64,000 bases of DNA, taken from Candidatus Poseidoniaceae archaeon. Its GTDB lineage: Archaea; Thermoplasmatota; Poseidoniia; Poseidoniales; Poseidoniaceae. The stretch is taken from positions 32,001 to 96,000 of the forward strand of contig CBFIJH010000001.1 in the NCBI GenBank assembly GCA_965662895.1, given 5' to 3'. A program made the translations under genes and the position numbers. Positions 30,167 to 39,623 of this stretch are shown here, piece after piece. Under the pieces are notes generated by a model that worked only from the letters and a program-made list of their open reading frames with translations, made no database searches and was not told where the DNA came from. Positions within the stretch are counted from its first letter, which is position 1. Each line of letters opens with the position of its first letter.

Positions 30167-30583
30167 TTATTGTTCAGAAAAATCCATTCGATTTCGATGG
30201 GCTTTTTCATCCCATTCACTTTCTTGATTTTGGTACCCACATCCGCTGCAACCAGGATATCCTGCAAGCAACAATTCAGAACACATCTGCACAAGTTCGC
30301 TCAGGAGCATCAATTCGTCGAAGGGTAACCATAGGACCTCCCTGTCTTCTGGTTTGTTCGTGTCAAAACTGAACAGAGAACGGTCGTTTTTTTTGATCAT
30401 AAAAGGACCTTCTTCTACAGAAGGGAACTCCAATCGTTGCGGCATAGAATCGGCTATGTTGAGCATCAGACGCTGCCACAACGGTACATATTGTTGCGGT
30501 ACTGAGATGATCAGATCGTTTTCAACGAGTATTCGTCGACTCGCTTCCCGGAGAGCAAGCCAACGTGCAGAATTTTCCTCCAT
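30167..30583 (-). CDS. Hypothetical protein with C-terminal CxxC (YPGCSGCG)
   Basis: Fills the gap between topB and pyrD; start 28 nt from a shared TTCAA box. Confidence 0.65.
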   Translation of the reverse strand: MEENSARWLALREASRRILVENDLIISVPQQYVPLWQRLMLNIADSMPQRLEFPSVEEGPFMIKKNDRSLFSFDTNKPEDREVLWLPFDELMLLSELVQMCSELLLAGYPGCSGCGYQNQESEWDEKAHRNRMDFSEQ

Positions 30584-30606
30584 GAGCCGACGAAGAGGCG
30601 CAAGGA

Positions 30607-30611
30607 TTGAA
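30607..30611. promoter_or_regulatory. Putative bidirectional TATA-equivalent box (TTGAA / TTCAA)
   Basis: Lies 29 nt upstream of the pyrD ATG (30636) and 28 nt upstream of the divergent ATG (30583). Confidence 0.55.
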
Positions 30612-30635
30612 GGATATCGGTTCTGCCATCAATAC

Positions 30636-31733
30636 ATGGGCAGGCTTTTTCGTTGGTTCTCGAAACCTCTTTTGGCCGTTCAAGACTCGGAAAAAGCGCA
30701 TGCTCGGTCCTTGTTGATGCTGCGTATTGCATCTTCAAATCCTCTTTTTCGTGCAGTTCTACGTTTGCTCTATAAACCAAGAAAACAATTGACGGTGAAT
30801 TGTTTTGGAATGGATTATGTTCATCCATTTGGAATTGCAGCTGGTATGGACAAACGTGCTGAAGCCTTACGAGGTTGGGAATCCATTGGTCTTGCATTTT
30901 CTGAAATCGGTGGAGTTACGATGCTTGAACAATCAGGTAACCCAAAACCGCGAATGTTCCGCCATGGAAACGATCGTGCACTTGTGAATCGTATGGGTTT
31001 CAACAATCCGGGAAGTCAAAAGGTCGCATCGCAACTTCAGCGTGCTGGAACTCGATCGATTCCAGTGTGGGCAAATCTCGGTAAATCCAAGATTACACCA
31101 ATTGAAGAGGCACCAATGGATTACTCGACGACAATGGAACGCCTTTGGCCGTACATCGATGTCTTTGTGGTGAACGTATCGTCTCCAAACACGCCCGGGT
31201 TGCGTGATTTGCAACACGGCGATCACCTATCAAACATTCTTGACGCATGCAACGAAGTAAACAGAGAGAACTCTGAGAGATACCAACAATCTCCGAAGCC
31301 AATTTTGATTAAGGTCGCACCAGATTTAACCACAAAAGAGCTTGAGAAGATTGTTGATACGGCCATCGCTTGCGGTATGAGCGGTATCGTTGCGACAAAT
31401 ACAACGCTGGAGCGACCGAATCAAACGGATAAAGTTTACATGCAGCAAGGCGGTTGTTCGGGCTCTCCTCTGAAGAATCAGAGCACTGAAATGATTCGGC
31501 ATATCTACGACTATACAAACGGGCAACTCCCAATTGTTGGTGTGGGTGGCATCATGAACGCTGAGGATGCATGGGAGAAGATTCTAGCCGGTGCAAGTCT
31601 ACTTCAAGCCTATGCTGGATTCGTTTTCGAAGGTCCAGGACTTACAAAGTCAATTGTACATGGAATTCACAAAAAGCTCATGCACTCCGAATTTAACTCA
31701 TTCTCTGAAGCTGTAGGTTCATCCCATCGATAG
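30636..31733 (+). CDS. pyrD: Dihydroorotate dehydrogenase, quinone-dependent (class 2)
   Basis: GIAAGMDK, QSGNPKPRMFR, NRMGFNNPG, NVSSPNTPGLR, KVAPDL, ATNTT, GVGGI. Confidence 0.95.
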   Translation: MGRLFRWFSKPLLAVQDSEKAHARSLLMLRIASSNPLFRAVLRLLYKPRKQLTVNCFGMDYVHPFGIAAGMDKRAEALRGWESIGLAFSEIGGVTMLEQSGNPKPRMFRHGNDRALVNRMGFNNPGSQKVASQLQRAGTRSIPVWANLGKSKITPIEEAPMDYSTTMERLWPYIDVFVVNVSSPNTPGLRDLQHGDHLSNILDACNEVNRENSERYQQSPKPILIKVAPDLTTKELEKIVDTAIACGMSGIVATNTTLERPNQTDKVYMQQGGCSGSPLKNQSTEMIRHIYDYTNGQLPIVGVGGIMNAEDAWEKILAGASLLQAYAGFVFEGPGLTKSIVHGIHKKLMHSEFNSFSEAVGSSHR

Positions 31734-31785
31734 TATGGATGAGCAGATGTTGAAATATGTCAGTCAGTAGCATCGAGTTGATAGG

Positions 31786-32172
31786 ATGCTCTCATACCGG
31801 AACCGATTGCTCCTCATTGGAGGTATTGTTACAATTGCGGTTCTCGGAACGATATTTCTCCAAGCCCCAGCACCAACACTGACTGTTGATCAACTCATGG
31901 AGGATAAATCCAATCTTTTGGATGAAGTGGTTGCGGTTCGAGGTGAAATTCGAGATGGAAGCATCAATGAAACCTCAATGACGTTTGTTCTGGAAGGTAC
32001 TGATTTTGATTTAATGATTGATTACTCAAATGCCGGTTCGATTTCAAACGGCTTAGGCGATAATCGAACGGTCTACGCAGAAGGAATCTTTCAATTCTCA
32101 GATGGTATCCACATCGTTGAAGCTGAGACAATAAAGACATCTTGCCCTTCAAAATACGAAGAAGAGGCTTGA
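31786..32172 (+). CDS. ccmE: Cytochrome c maturation heme chaperone CcmE, CxxxY variant
   Basis: N-terminal TM, OB-fold pattern, C-terminal SCPSKY. Confidence 0.8.
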   Translation: MLSYRNRLLLIGGIVTIAVLGTIFLQAPAPTLTVDQLMEDKSNLLDEVVAVRGEIRDGSINETSMTFVLEGTDFDLMIDYSNAGSISNGLGDNRTVYAEGIFQFSDGIHIVEAETIKTSCPSKYEEEA

Positions 32173-32223
32173 ACTTCCAAAGCGTTTGATTGAAATACAG
32201 TCGGTTGCAGGGAGTATCGGGAT

Positions 32224-32520
32224 AGGTGGGGAGCTAGGCGTACCCTGTACCACAAATCGTCTTCATGGTGGGCTGAATGCCTTGGGGCGGCGAAAGCGGC
32301 TCATAGGTTCCTGCATGCGGACGTCGATGTCTCGCCCCCACATGATCCAGGTGTTGGGAACCGTTTCCGGAGGGAAACGGGAACCAAATAACCGGGGGAA
32401 CAGGTCAGGCCGGGAACGGAGCATCCCTACCTGGGGCCATGGGTGCTGTGGGGATTCGGGACGGAGGAAGTGTGTAGATACGGCCTGTGGGTACGAGCGT
32501 CCACCCAAGGATTCCCACCT
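32224..32520 (+). ncRNA. ffs: Archaeal SRP (7S) RNA
   Basis: GC-rich ~297 nt; termini AGGTGGG / CCCACCT pair; helix 6 CCGTTTCC-GGAG-GGAAACGG; helix 8 CAGG-CCG-GGAA-CGG-AGCA; UGUA in the Alu region. Confidence 0.93.
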
Positions 32521-33006
32521 TCAGATGTCGAATACGACATCGCTGTACCAACCTGGGCCCTCGAATGTTGGTACTTCAACCCAGGGCGAACGCAGAACTT
32601 GTCCGTCTGAAATCTCGGAAACACAGAGGTCTTGTCGGGTGACTGCCTTGATTTCTACCTCTCTTTTGATGTGACCTGAATCTACCCATCGAACGTGAGC
32701 CTCAAGAATTAAGGCTGAATCCGTTGCATGAATCTTTACCGTACAATCGACCAACCATTTCTCCTCAACCTGGTCCATGTAGAGTATTTCTTCGAGCCAT
32801 TTGATGAGAAGTAATCCATTTGCATCATCATGCAATGGAACGTGAACATTCCAAACTGCTGAATGTTGGATTGCATCTGAGTCGACCTGCTCTTCCAAGA
32901 GATAGTTTTGCATTCCAAATGCAGTTTCCTCAAAAAGTCTTGACTTCGTTGCAGCAAAGGAACGTAAACCAATATCTGCTGTTGTAGGCCTTGGCCACGA
33001 ACTCAT
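32521..33006 (-). CDS. Archease (RtcB cofactor)
   Basis: TTADIG, LIKWLEEILY, EIKAVT, C-terminal VVFDI; true start ATG 33006. Confidence 0.9.
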   Translation of the reverse strand: MSSWPRPTTADIGLRSFAATKSRLFEETAFGMQNYLLEEQVDSDAIQHSAVWNVHVPLHDDANGLLLIKWLEEILYMDQVEEKWLVDCTVKIHATDSALILEAHVRWVDSGHIKREVEIKAVTRQDLCVSEISDGQVLRSPWVEVPTFEGPGWYSDVVFDI

Positions 33007-33016
33007 TGAACTCGCC

Positions 33017-34084
33017 TCATCGCTTTGAAACTTGCAACGACCATGCAATTTCGCCGATTCGGTCAACCATATCGTCCAAACGAAGAACGAATCGATCGGT
33101 TCGATCGGCATTGAGAATGCACTCGCTTGCAGCGTTTGCGAGTTGAGCCGTTTCTTCAACAGAAAGTTCGAGTGTAATCGCAGTTGCGACTGCGACTGCT
33201 GCAGCATCAATCAAACCAATCATTTGTCGAATATCCTCAAGCATACATTGAACGTGCACCGTATCCTCTTCTCGTGAATGAATCGTAACACCATCTTGAC
33301 CCTCAAGAATCAAAAGGTGCTTCCAATCATTCGTTTCGAGAAGCATGGTCGCTGCTTCTGCACCCGTTGTGGCACCCAAGCGTCGCCGCATAAGTTCCAA
33401 TCCCTTGGATTGAAACAAAACCCAGTCAACACCTTGCGTCCGATGCAATCCTGTGAGTTTTGGATCAGCAATGATCGGGACATCATGTTGTTTTGCAGCC
33501 GTAATGAGGCGTTCGGCACCAGCATCGTCCAAAACACCGAGACCGTAATCGGACAATATCAAACAAGATGAACCAGGAATTGCCTCGATGGTACGGTCAA
33601 TGAGGGCTTCCAAAGCAGGGGATGGGATTGGCTCATCATCTTCAATATCCCAGCGCAACAAGAGTTGTTCGCCTTTGATCAAACCTTCTCTTGCACCCAA
33701 AAGCCGTGTTTTCACCGTTGTCGTTCGACCTTCGAGCACAGCGATACCAGATGTTTTCACGCCTTCTTCTTCAAGCATCTCCAATACTGCAAGCCCTGAA
33801 TCATCATTGCCAACTATTCCATGAAGTTGACTTTTCAATCCAAGAGAATCGAGACCCCGTGCGACGTGTGCAGCCGCTCCGACATCAACATCTCTTGAGA
33901 TCTCTTTAAGCACGGGAACTGGGGCACGAGAATTTAGATTATTTGCGAAACCATGAATGTAGCAATCCATCATGATGTCGCCTACGAGAAGAACTTTTGA
34001 TGGTTCCAATGTTTTCAATCCTCGTTCTAATTTTTTTAAATCGTCATAGACTTTAGCGTCGCTGTCACTCATTCCCATCTTCAT
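33017..34084 (-). CDS. PfkB/ribokinase family, RfaE(HldA)-like kinase with altered catalytic motif
   Basis: VLLVGDIMMDCY, RAPVPV, TTVKTR, LILSDYGLG, ADPK; GLID replaces GAGD. Confidence 0.8.
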   Translation of the reverse strand: MKMGMSDSDAKVYDDLKKLERGLKTLEPSKVLLVGDIMMDCYIHGFANNLNSRAPVPVLKEISRDVDVGAAAHVARGLDSLGLKSQLHGIVGNDDSGLAVLEMLEEEGVKTSGIAVLEGRTTTVKTRLLGAREGLIKGEQLLLRWDIEDDEPIPSPALEALIDRTIEAIPGSSCLILSDYGLGVLDDAGAERLITAAKQHDVPIIADPKLTGLHRTQGVDWVLFQSKGLELMRRRLGATTGAEAATMLLETNDWKHLLILEGQDGVTIHSREEDTVHVQCMLEDIRQMIGLIDAAAVAVATAITLELSVEETAQLANAASECILNADRTDRFVLRLDDMVDRIGEIAWSLQVSKR

Positions 34085-35043
34085 CCCTCGATACCATCTT
34101 GTAATTTTGCTAGAAGCATTGCATGCTCTGTATCCGTCACTCCAGTTTTTTCTCGCAGCGTTTCAAGCATTGCTGATTCATCATTCGTAATGATACCATC
34201 AATGAGGGCTGTCTTCAAAACAGACTGGTACGCTTCGAGTTCTGGAGATATGTACGGTTCAGTTTGTGCTTTTCGAAGAATTCGTTTATGTGTCTCTTTA
34301 TCAATGTCAAAAGCGATTTGTACAGTTTTGAGCAAGGCTTCCTCTTCTTCATGTATCACGCCATCAACCAGTGCTTGGCGCAACATTTCGAGATAAATCT
34401 CCTCTGGAGGTGGAACGTCGATTTCGCGACGTGCTTCATTGGATAATCTTCGAACCCGATCAGGATGCATTCCCAAAAAGTCGACCACCTCATTGAGGAG
34501 AAGTTGTTCGTCCTTTGTAATTCGTCCATCTTGCCAAGCACGAGCAAACAATCGACGGACCAGCGCTTCTCCAGCTTGGGCGTCGAGCGAGGCTGAGCCT
34601 TCTGGATGAGAAACCGGTGACATGACGGGTTCGTGATGAACGACCATGTGTTCATCAATGTGGGCAAGAGTTTCCAACGTATCCTGTGCGGATGTAAAAA
34701 TGGAATCCAATAATACAGTTTGACCGTCTTTCTGCACGGGTGTTGATTTAATCTTGTTGAGTAAGGATTGGGCTCGTTCCCTGCCGATAGCGGTGAGTGA
34801 GTACACCCGTCTGCGTTGACGTGCACCAGGTACATGTCGGCTCGTTGTGCTGAGGAATTCTTTCGATTCGAGTCGTTTCAACGTACGTGGTACGTGCTTC
34901 CTTTGGACGTGGACAGCTGCGGATATTCCAGCTTGTGTGAGTTCCATTGGTGCCTCCCAGTTGCTCTCCGGTAGACGATGATTGAGAAGATGAAGAAGTG
35001 TCCTTTCTTCCGTGGTAAGTGTTCCTAAGAACCCGCTAACCAT
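34081..35043 (-). CDS. Winged-helix protein with three TerB-like repeats
   Basis: LTQAGIS...HVPRTLKRL...RRRVYSLT wHTH; AWQDGRITKDE, ALVDGVIHEEE, ALIDGIITNDE repeats. Confidence 0.7.
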   Translation of the reverse strand: MVSGFLGTLTTEERTLLHLLNHRLPESNWEAPMELTQAGISAAVHVQRKHVPRTLKRLESKEFLSTTSRHVPGARQRRRVYSLTAIGRERAQSLLNKIKSTPVQKDGQTVLLDSIFTSAQDTLETLAHIDEHMVVHHEPVMSPVSHPEGSASLDAQAGEALVRRLFARAWQDGRITKDEQLLLNEVVDFLGMHPDRVRRLSNEARREIDVPPPEEIYLEMLRQALVDGVIHEEEEALLKTVQIAFDIDKETHKRILRKAQTEPYISPELEAYQSVLKTALIDGIITNDESAMLETLREKTGVTDTEHAMLLAKLQDGIEG

Positions 35044-35131
35044 AGTGCTCCCCGGTTGTTATGTTCCAGTGGTAGTCCTTAGGACAATCGGTCATCGACG
35101 CAACAATATGCAGGGTATTCTTCGTCATAAC

Positions 35132-36241
35132 ATGGTCCGGCAGCGACGGAAGTTCAAGCCTAGGACACGAACAACGCGAAGTTTAGATTCAAACTTAATC
35201 GGTGAGCGTGATGTTCAAAAGATTCAACCTCCAGTCAGAGAAGGAAATTTTTGGCTTGTTCCGCCCCCACTTTCAATCCGATTGTACGAAAAAAGTGCAC
35301 TCGGTTTTCGCCTTGAGGATGGTTCGATCTTATTGACGGCATCAGAAGTACTGTTCTGTCACTGGCATCGACACTTACCGCTTCCTGATGAACAATGGCT
35401 TGAATCGGAGCTCGAGGTCAACCCACGTCTCATCTATGAGGCCATTATCATGGATGTGGGACGGAACGGCGGTGAAATGATTGTTCCATCGCACCATCGT
35501 CCAGAAACCGAACAACTCGAATGGGGAATTCGATGGCATCGGGATCGAAATCACTTGAAAGACAACTATCAGTCATCGGTATCGATTGCAACAACGCACG
35601 ATAAGCTCGATTGGAAATTACTTCTTGAATGGTGTAAAAAGTCCAATGCGCTAGGTGTCGATACTGAGTTGTTTGTGATTGATGATGAACTTGACGTAAC
35701 AATGTACCGAGTAGACCTTATTCAACCCAAAGGAGACTTACCTTCATGGAATGCATTTTCTGAACACGAGAAACAGGAATTCCTCCAATTATGGTCCAGC
35801 AGAACTCGGACAGAGAATGGTAGTTACATTCGCCATTCATCCAAATGGGATTGGGACCAGATCGGAATCGAGCATTTGTCTGGTCGAGTTCTCCGTTTCG
35901 AGGAAGACGCCTATATCCAGCAGATGATCTCAAAGCAAGTTGAACCTACAAGTGATTCTCGCCTCATGCACGACCTCTTCAATCGTGGATTGTTGTTGCG
36001 TCCTGGCTTCAAATATGGGTGTCGGTGGAGAGTCTACGATGGTGATTTAAACGAATCCCACGCCCCATGGCTTGTTCAACCAATGGATGAAACAGCCAAT
36101 ACGTGGGAAGGTGTTTGTTTGAGTGTTCGGCTCGCTGAAGGCGTTCACAAGCAATGGGTCTGTGCTTTGCCAGATGATAAGGAGTGGAAGTATCTACGAA
36201 TTCAGAGGTGGTTGCCGGGGAAGAACTCCTCGTCCGATTGA
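35132..36241 (+). CDS. endA: tRNA-splicing endonuclease
   Basis: RPGFKYGCRWRVY, SHAPW, RLAEGVHK (Y-H-K triad); two-unit length as in alpha2 enzymes. Confidence 0.85.
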   Translation: MVRQRRKFKPRTRTTRSLDSNLIGERDVQKIQPPVREGNFWLVPPPLSIRLYEKSALGFRLEDGSILLTASEVLFCHWHRHLPLPDEQWLESELEVNPRLIYEAIIMDVGRNGGEMIVPSHHRPETEQLEWGIRWHRDRNHLKDNYQSSVSIATTHDKLDWKLLLEWCKKSNALGVDTELFVIDDELDVTMYRVDLIQPKGDLPSWNAFSEHEKQEFLQLWSSRTRTENGSYIRHSSKWDWDQIGIEHLSGRVLRFEEDAYIQQMISKQVEPTSDSRLMHDLFNRGLLLRPGFKYGCRWRVYDGDLNESHAPWLVQPMDETANTWEGVCLSVRLAEGVHKQWVCALPDDKEWKYLRIQRWLPGKNSSSD

Positions 36242-38265
36242 ACTGGGTCTTCCCGTTCGTCCTTTGGTTTGCTCCCTCTCGAAAATACAGATGCTGCAAA
36301 CCAAACTGCGAAGAGAAGGAAAAAGGTGGTCAAGACAAATGCTTGATTTCCGATGAACTGAAATCCGTCGTTTTCTGTTGCTTTTAATTCAACACCGATT
36401 TCCCAGATTTCACCATTGAATGATTCGACGTGTATCGTGCCCAGAACATACATGTTTTCTTGCAGCAATCCATTCGGTTCGATTTGTAATGTGATGGCCC
36501 CATTTCCATCCTCAATTTCAAGGATCGAATCGGATGTTGCTATTCTCGACAAAGGCCCTTCGATCTCAATTTTGAAGGTCCCAGACCCATTTCCAAATCC
36601 AGTGTAGGGCAGATGCAATGTCGATTGTTCGTTGACGTGGATTGTGTCGACAAGCCTCATATTCCTTGCATCGGGAATTGTTCCGACGGTCGATACCGTC
36701 GTTGTTACGTTGAATTCATCTGAGTTGCAGTTCAAAATACCAGAGAAAGTGGCCGTTGAATCAAGGATTCCCAAGGATGAAAACTCTCCAAAATGCAGTG
36801 AACCTTCGTTTGAATTATTTTGGAACTGGAGCGTACGCCCATCCGAGCCATCGAGGGTTCCCCAACACTGGACTTGCTCACCAATCTCCGAAGTTTCAAG
36901 GGTGATTTGTTCTCCCTGCAAGACCGTTGATCCAAAATTCTCGAGGTTAACGTCAATCGTTGGTGAACATTTCAACGAATGAAACTCGATTTTCCATTGT
37001 TCATTAACTTCAACAATACGTGCATACCAGGGGACAAGAATCCCGTCATGGTCTCGTATTTCCACACCCCGTTCCCCGAATTCATCACCGGGTTGAAACA
37101 AGTCGGATGGAACACCATCATTGATGCCTTTCAATTGATCCTGATTTCCATCAGCTTCTATGGTTTGCAGGTACGGTCGACGTTGATCAATGTTCAAGGC
37201 ATTCTGGACAGAATCTCCAACAGACCAATCTTCCATCAAAACAAGGACGCCTGAACCAGGAAGCGATTGATCAAATCCTTGTTGGGTTCGTTTTTCAATC
37301 CAAATGAATTCATTTTCAGAAACTTGAATGCGTAAACGATCACCGCCAATCGCTCGAGATTCCAAGTCAATCGTCGGACCAATACATGGACTGAGGGAGT
37401 CGGTTGGCCATACAAGGTCGATTTCTCTTGTTGGAGGATGACCAATCGCTGCCATACTCGGACCGGTTGGGAGCGAGGGCGTATTCCCTCCACCGTTCCA
37501 ATTTCCACTCGCCATGATATCCCATACTCCTATCCCCTTCCAAGCGCCAGAATATCCTGAGTCGTGAACGGGATAAAGGTCGAAGGCGCCAAACTGGTGC
37601 AGCATCTCATGCAGCATTGTTCCAAGCCCGTTTTGCCCATGTCGCATCGATGTCATTGTGTAATGCTCGAAATAAGAATCATCTTTGCTGATTGGTTCTC
37701 TGAATGACGTAAAATGTGACCAAATCCTGTCCGAGGATCCAGACCCTTGCTCTTGTGCTTGGGTTGAATGAAGGATTAGAAATCGATCGACAACGCCATC
37801 ATCGTTCAAGTCGTAATCCTCCAACGAGTCGGTTTGAAGGGTTTGGATAACAAACTCTGCAAGTTGAGCAGGAAGAAATTCAGTACCTTCGCCATAATCC
37901 CTCCCACTTGGTCCATCGGCACCATATGCTGAAACCGGTTTTGGTGCTGTGAGTATATCTTCGTAAACATCAACGGACAATATCACGTTCTTTCCTGTCG
38001 CTTCTGAGAGATATTCTTGAGCGTATTCTTCAAGTTCATTTCTGATTGAATTCGTTACGCTATCCTCCAATGGATTCGATTCAAAATCAACTAGGACGAC
38101 CAACCAAGATTCATTGAGCTGCAAACCAACCAACGGAGCTGAATTTTCCTGAGGTTCCTCTACCGAAATCACAAAGAATTCATTGATGTCTTCAGAAAAA
38201 AGATGCGAAAACATCGCTAGAGTAAGGCAGAGGACCATTCCGATGGCGTGACCCATTTTGCCCAT
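36202..38265 (-). CDS. Membrane-anchored M6 (immune inhibitor A) family metalloprotease
   Basis: VLVDF, DLNDDGVVD, IWSH, HEMLHQFGAFDLY, WDIMASGNWNG, FDQSLPGSGVL; C-terminal TM. Confidence 0.88.
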   Translation of the reverse strand: MGKMGHAIGMVLCLTLAMFSHLFSEDINEFFVISVEEPQENSAPLVGLQLNESWLVVLVDFESNPLEDSVTNSIRNELEEYAQEYLSEATGKNVILSVDVYEDILTAPKPVSAYGADGPSGRDYGEGTEFLPAQLAEFVIQTLQTDSLEDYDLNDDGVVDRFLILHSTQAQEQGSGSSDRIWSHFTSFREPISKDDSYFEHYTMTSMRHGQNGLGTMLHEMLHQFGAFDLYPVHDSGYSGAWKGIGVWDIMASGNWNGGGNTPSLPTGPSMAAIGHPPTREIDLVWPTDSLSPCIGPTIDLESRAIGGDRLRIQVSENEFIWIEKRTQQGFDQSLPGSGVLVLMEDWSVGDSVQNALNIDQRRPYLQTIEADGNQDQLKGINDGVPSDLFQPGDEFGERGVEIRDHDGILVPWYARIVEVNEQWKIEFHSLKCSPTIDVNLENFGSTVLQGEQITLETSEIGEQVQCWGTLDGSDGRTLQFQNNSNEGSLHFGEFSSLGILDSTATFSGILNCNSDEFNVTTTVSTVGTIPDARNMRLVDTIHVNEQSTLHLPYTGFGNGSGTFKIEIEGPLSRIATSDSILEIEDGNGAITLQIEPNGLLQENMYVLGTIHVESFNGEIWEIGVELKATENDGFQFIGNQAFVLTTFFLLFAVWFAASVFSRGSKPKDEREDPVQSDEEFFPGNHL

Positions 38266-38324
38266 ATTGGTCTCACATCCTTGCATCGTTTCAATTGTTG
38301 GGTGTGGTTGTACCTACGAACTGC

Positions 38325-39614
38325 TCAATGTATGAAATGATCAATCTCTTCCTCAGTCCAATCTTCAACGGATATTCGAAGACCTCCTTTGGTCGCCTCT
38401 GGCCATGTTCGGGTACGCACTGGAACAATCTGATCGATGGTTGATTGTCTCAGTTTCTCATTCAACGTATTCATCCTTTGTTGCCACGACCATGGATCGG
38501 TCAGATTTGTGAGTTGTATGTTGACTTCATCTTTCAATTGTTCCTGATCCTTGGGAATTGCACCTTGCAACTCAAGGAGATTCAATCCACGTAGTGTACA
38601 ATTGACTGAACCAAGTGTGTCGCGATACTGTATCGGTAATGGTGAACCATCGCAACCACCAATGACGACATCGGTGAGTTTGAATCGTGAAATAGAATCT
38701 ATGAGATGGTCACGTTCATCGATGTTATCACACAATGAGCGATATCTGAGTAAACCGGTGTTCTCAGGAGATGTATCGATTGGATAGGCAACGCCTTGAC
38801 AAGAACAATCGATGTATGTGACGAATCGCCTTCGTCCCTCATGATCAAAGATTGCGTTTGGACTGAGAATGTTGTAGGATTTTCTCGTACTTTTCTGTAT
38901 TGAAAATTCCAACATAATGAGCATAACACTTAGCAGCATGATATTCATGCCATTCCAACGTCCTGGTAAGGAGAGAAGGAGTACTAATCCTCCAAAACCA
39001 AGGATTCTCACCCTCCACCAGTCTTGATTGTTTTCTGTGATCAACCGAAGAGCACCGGCTGTAATCGTCGCAAGTGCGAGTAAATATGTAACGAGAATCG
39101 CCCAAAAAAGAGAAAGTGCAAACGTAAACAGTGAGATTCCATCGTATTGGGAGGTCAATCCGACATCGGTATGAATTTGATCGCCGAAGTAATACAGCCG
39201 TGGTATCAGTACTACGAACATGGCAACCAATGTTGCATACCCAAGAAAAGTGGTTGACATCAACCAACGCTTGAGCATTCTTCTCTCACTTTGTGTAAGT
39301 CCATGGTGAGCAAATCTGTAAAGTGAAGAGAGGGCAAAAGGTAGTATTGACAAGATCGACAAAAATACTGCGGAGAGCCATCGTACAGCACTCCAAGATG
39401 CAGGCTCGTACAATGCCAAGCAAGATGAATCGTTGCAAGGACTCAAGTGTTCGAGAAGTCGTTGCAAAATGTAATCAATTCTCGTGATGAATAAAATTGA
39501 CAACAAACCAACCATCACAAAATACAGTGTTGCTTTTTGTGTAAGGGCATCGAAGTGATCCTGAATTGGTAAGGAGGTGTCTTGTTCGAGATGCAATCCT
39601 CCTGCTCGATTCAA
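38325..39614 (-). CDS. Degenerate TatC-like membrane protein fused to a Cys-rich C-terminal domain
   Basis: DHFDAL, LYEP..., LP..L..LYRF...GLTQSERR match TatC; 6 TMs; tail with CSC, LC and VVIGGC. Confidence 0.65.
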   Translation of the reverse strand: MNRAGGLHLEQDTSLPIQDHFDALTQKATLYFVMVGLLSILFITRIDYILQRLLEHLSPCNDSSCLALYEPASWSAVRWLSAVFLSILSILPFALSSLYRFAHHGLTQSERRMLKRWLMSTTFLGYATLVAMFVVLIPRLYYFGDQIHTDVGLTSQYDGISLFTFALSLFWAILVTYLLALATITAGALRLITENNQDWWRVRILGFGGLVLLLSLPGRWNGMNIMLLSVMLIMLEFSIQKSTRKSYNILSPNAIFDHEGRRRFVTYIDCSCQGVAYPIDTSPENTGLLRYRSLCDNIDERDHLIDSISRFKLTDVVIGGCDGSPLPIQYRDTLGSVNCTLRGLNLLELQGAIPKDQEQLKDEVNIQLTNLTDPWSWQQRMNTLNEKLRQSTIDQIVPVRTRTWPEATKGGLRISVEDWTEEEIDHFIH

Positions 39615-39623
39615 TTGACTCCC

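Noticed and set aside
30354-30635. N-terminal extensions given by the ORF track for pyrD (similarly archease 33007-33210, folE, msrB, natB-like, pntAB)
   Set aside because: They overlap neighbouring genes and precede the family-typical N-termini; downstream ATGs fit better.
32186-32674. ORFs of 162 aa (+), 81 aa (-) and 65 aa (-) in the GC-rich patch
   Set aside because: They are shadows of the SRP RNA and the archease 3' end; the SRP helix 6 and helix 8 motifs explain the region.
35043-35132. tRNA gene or bulge-helix-bulge substrate near endA
   Set aside because: I could not find a cloverleaf, T-loop GTTCRA in a tRNA context, or a BHB motif by eye.
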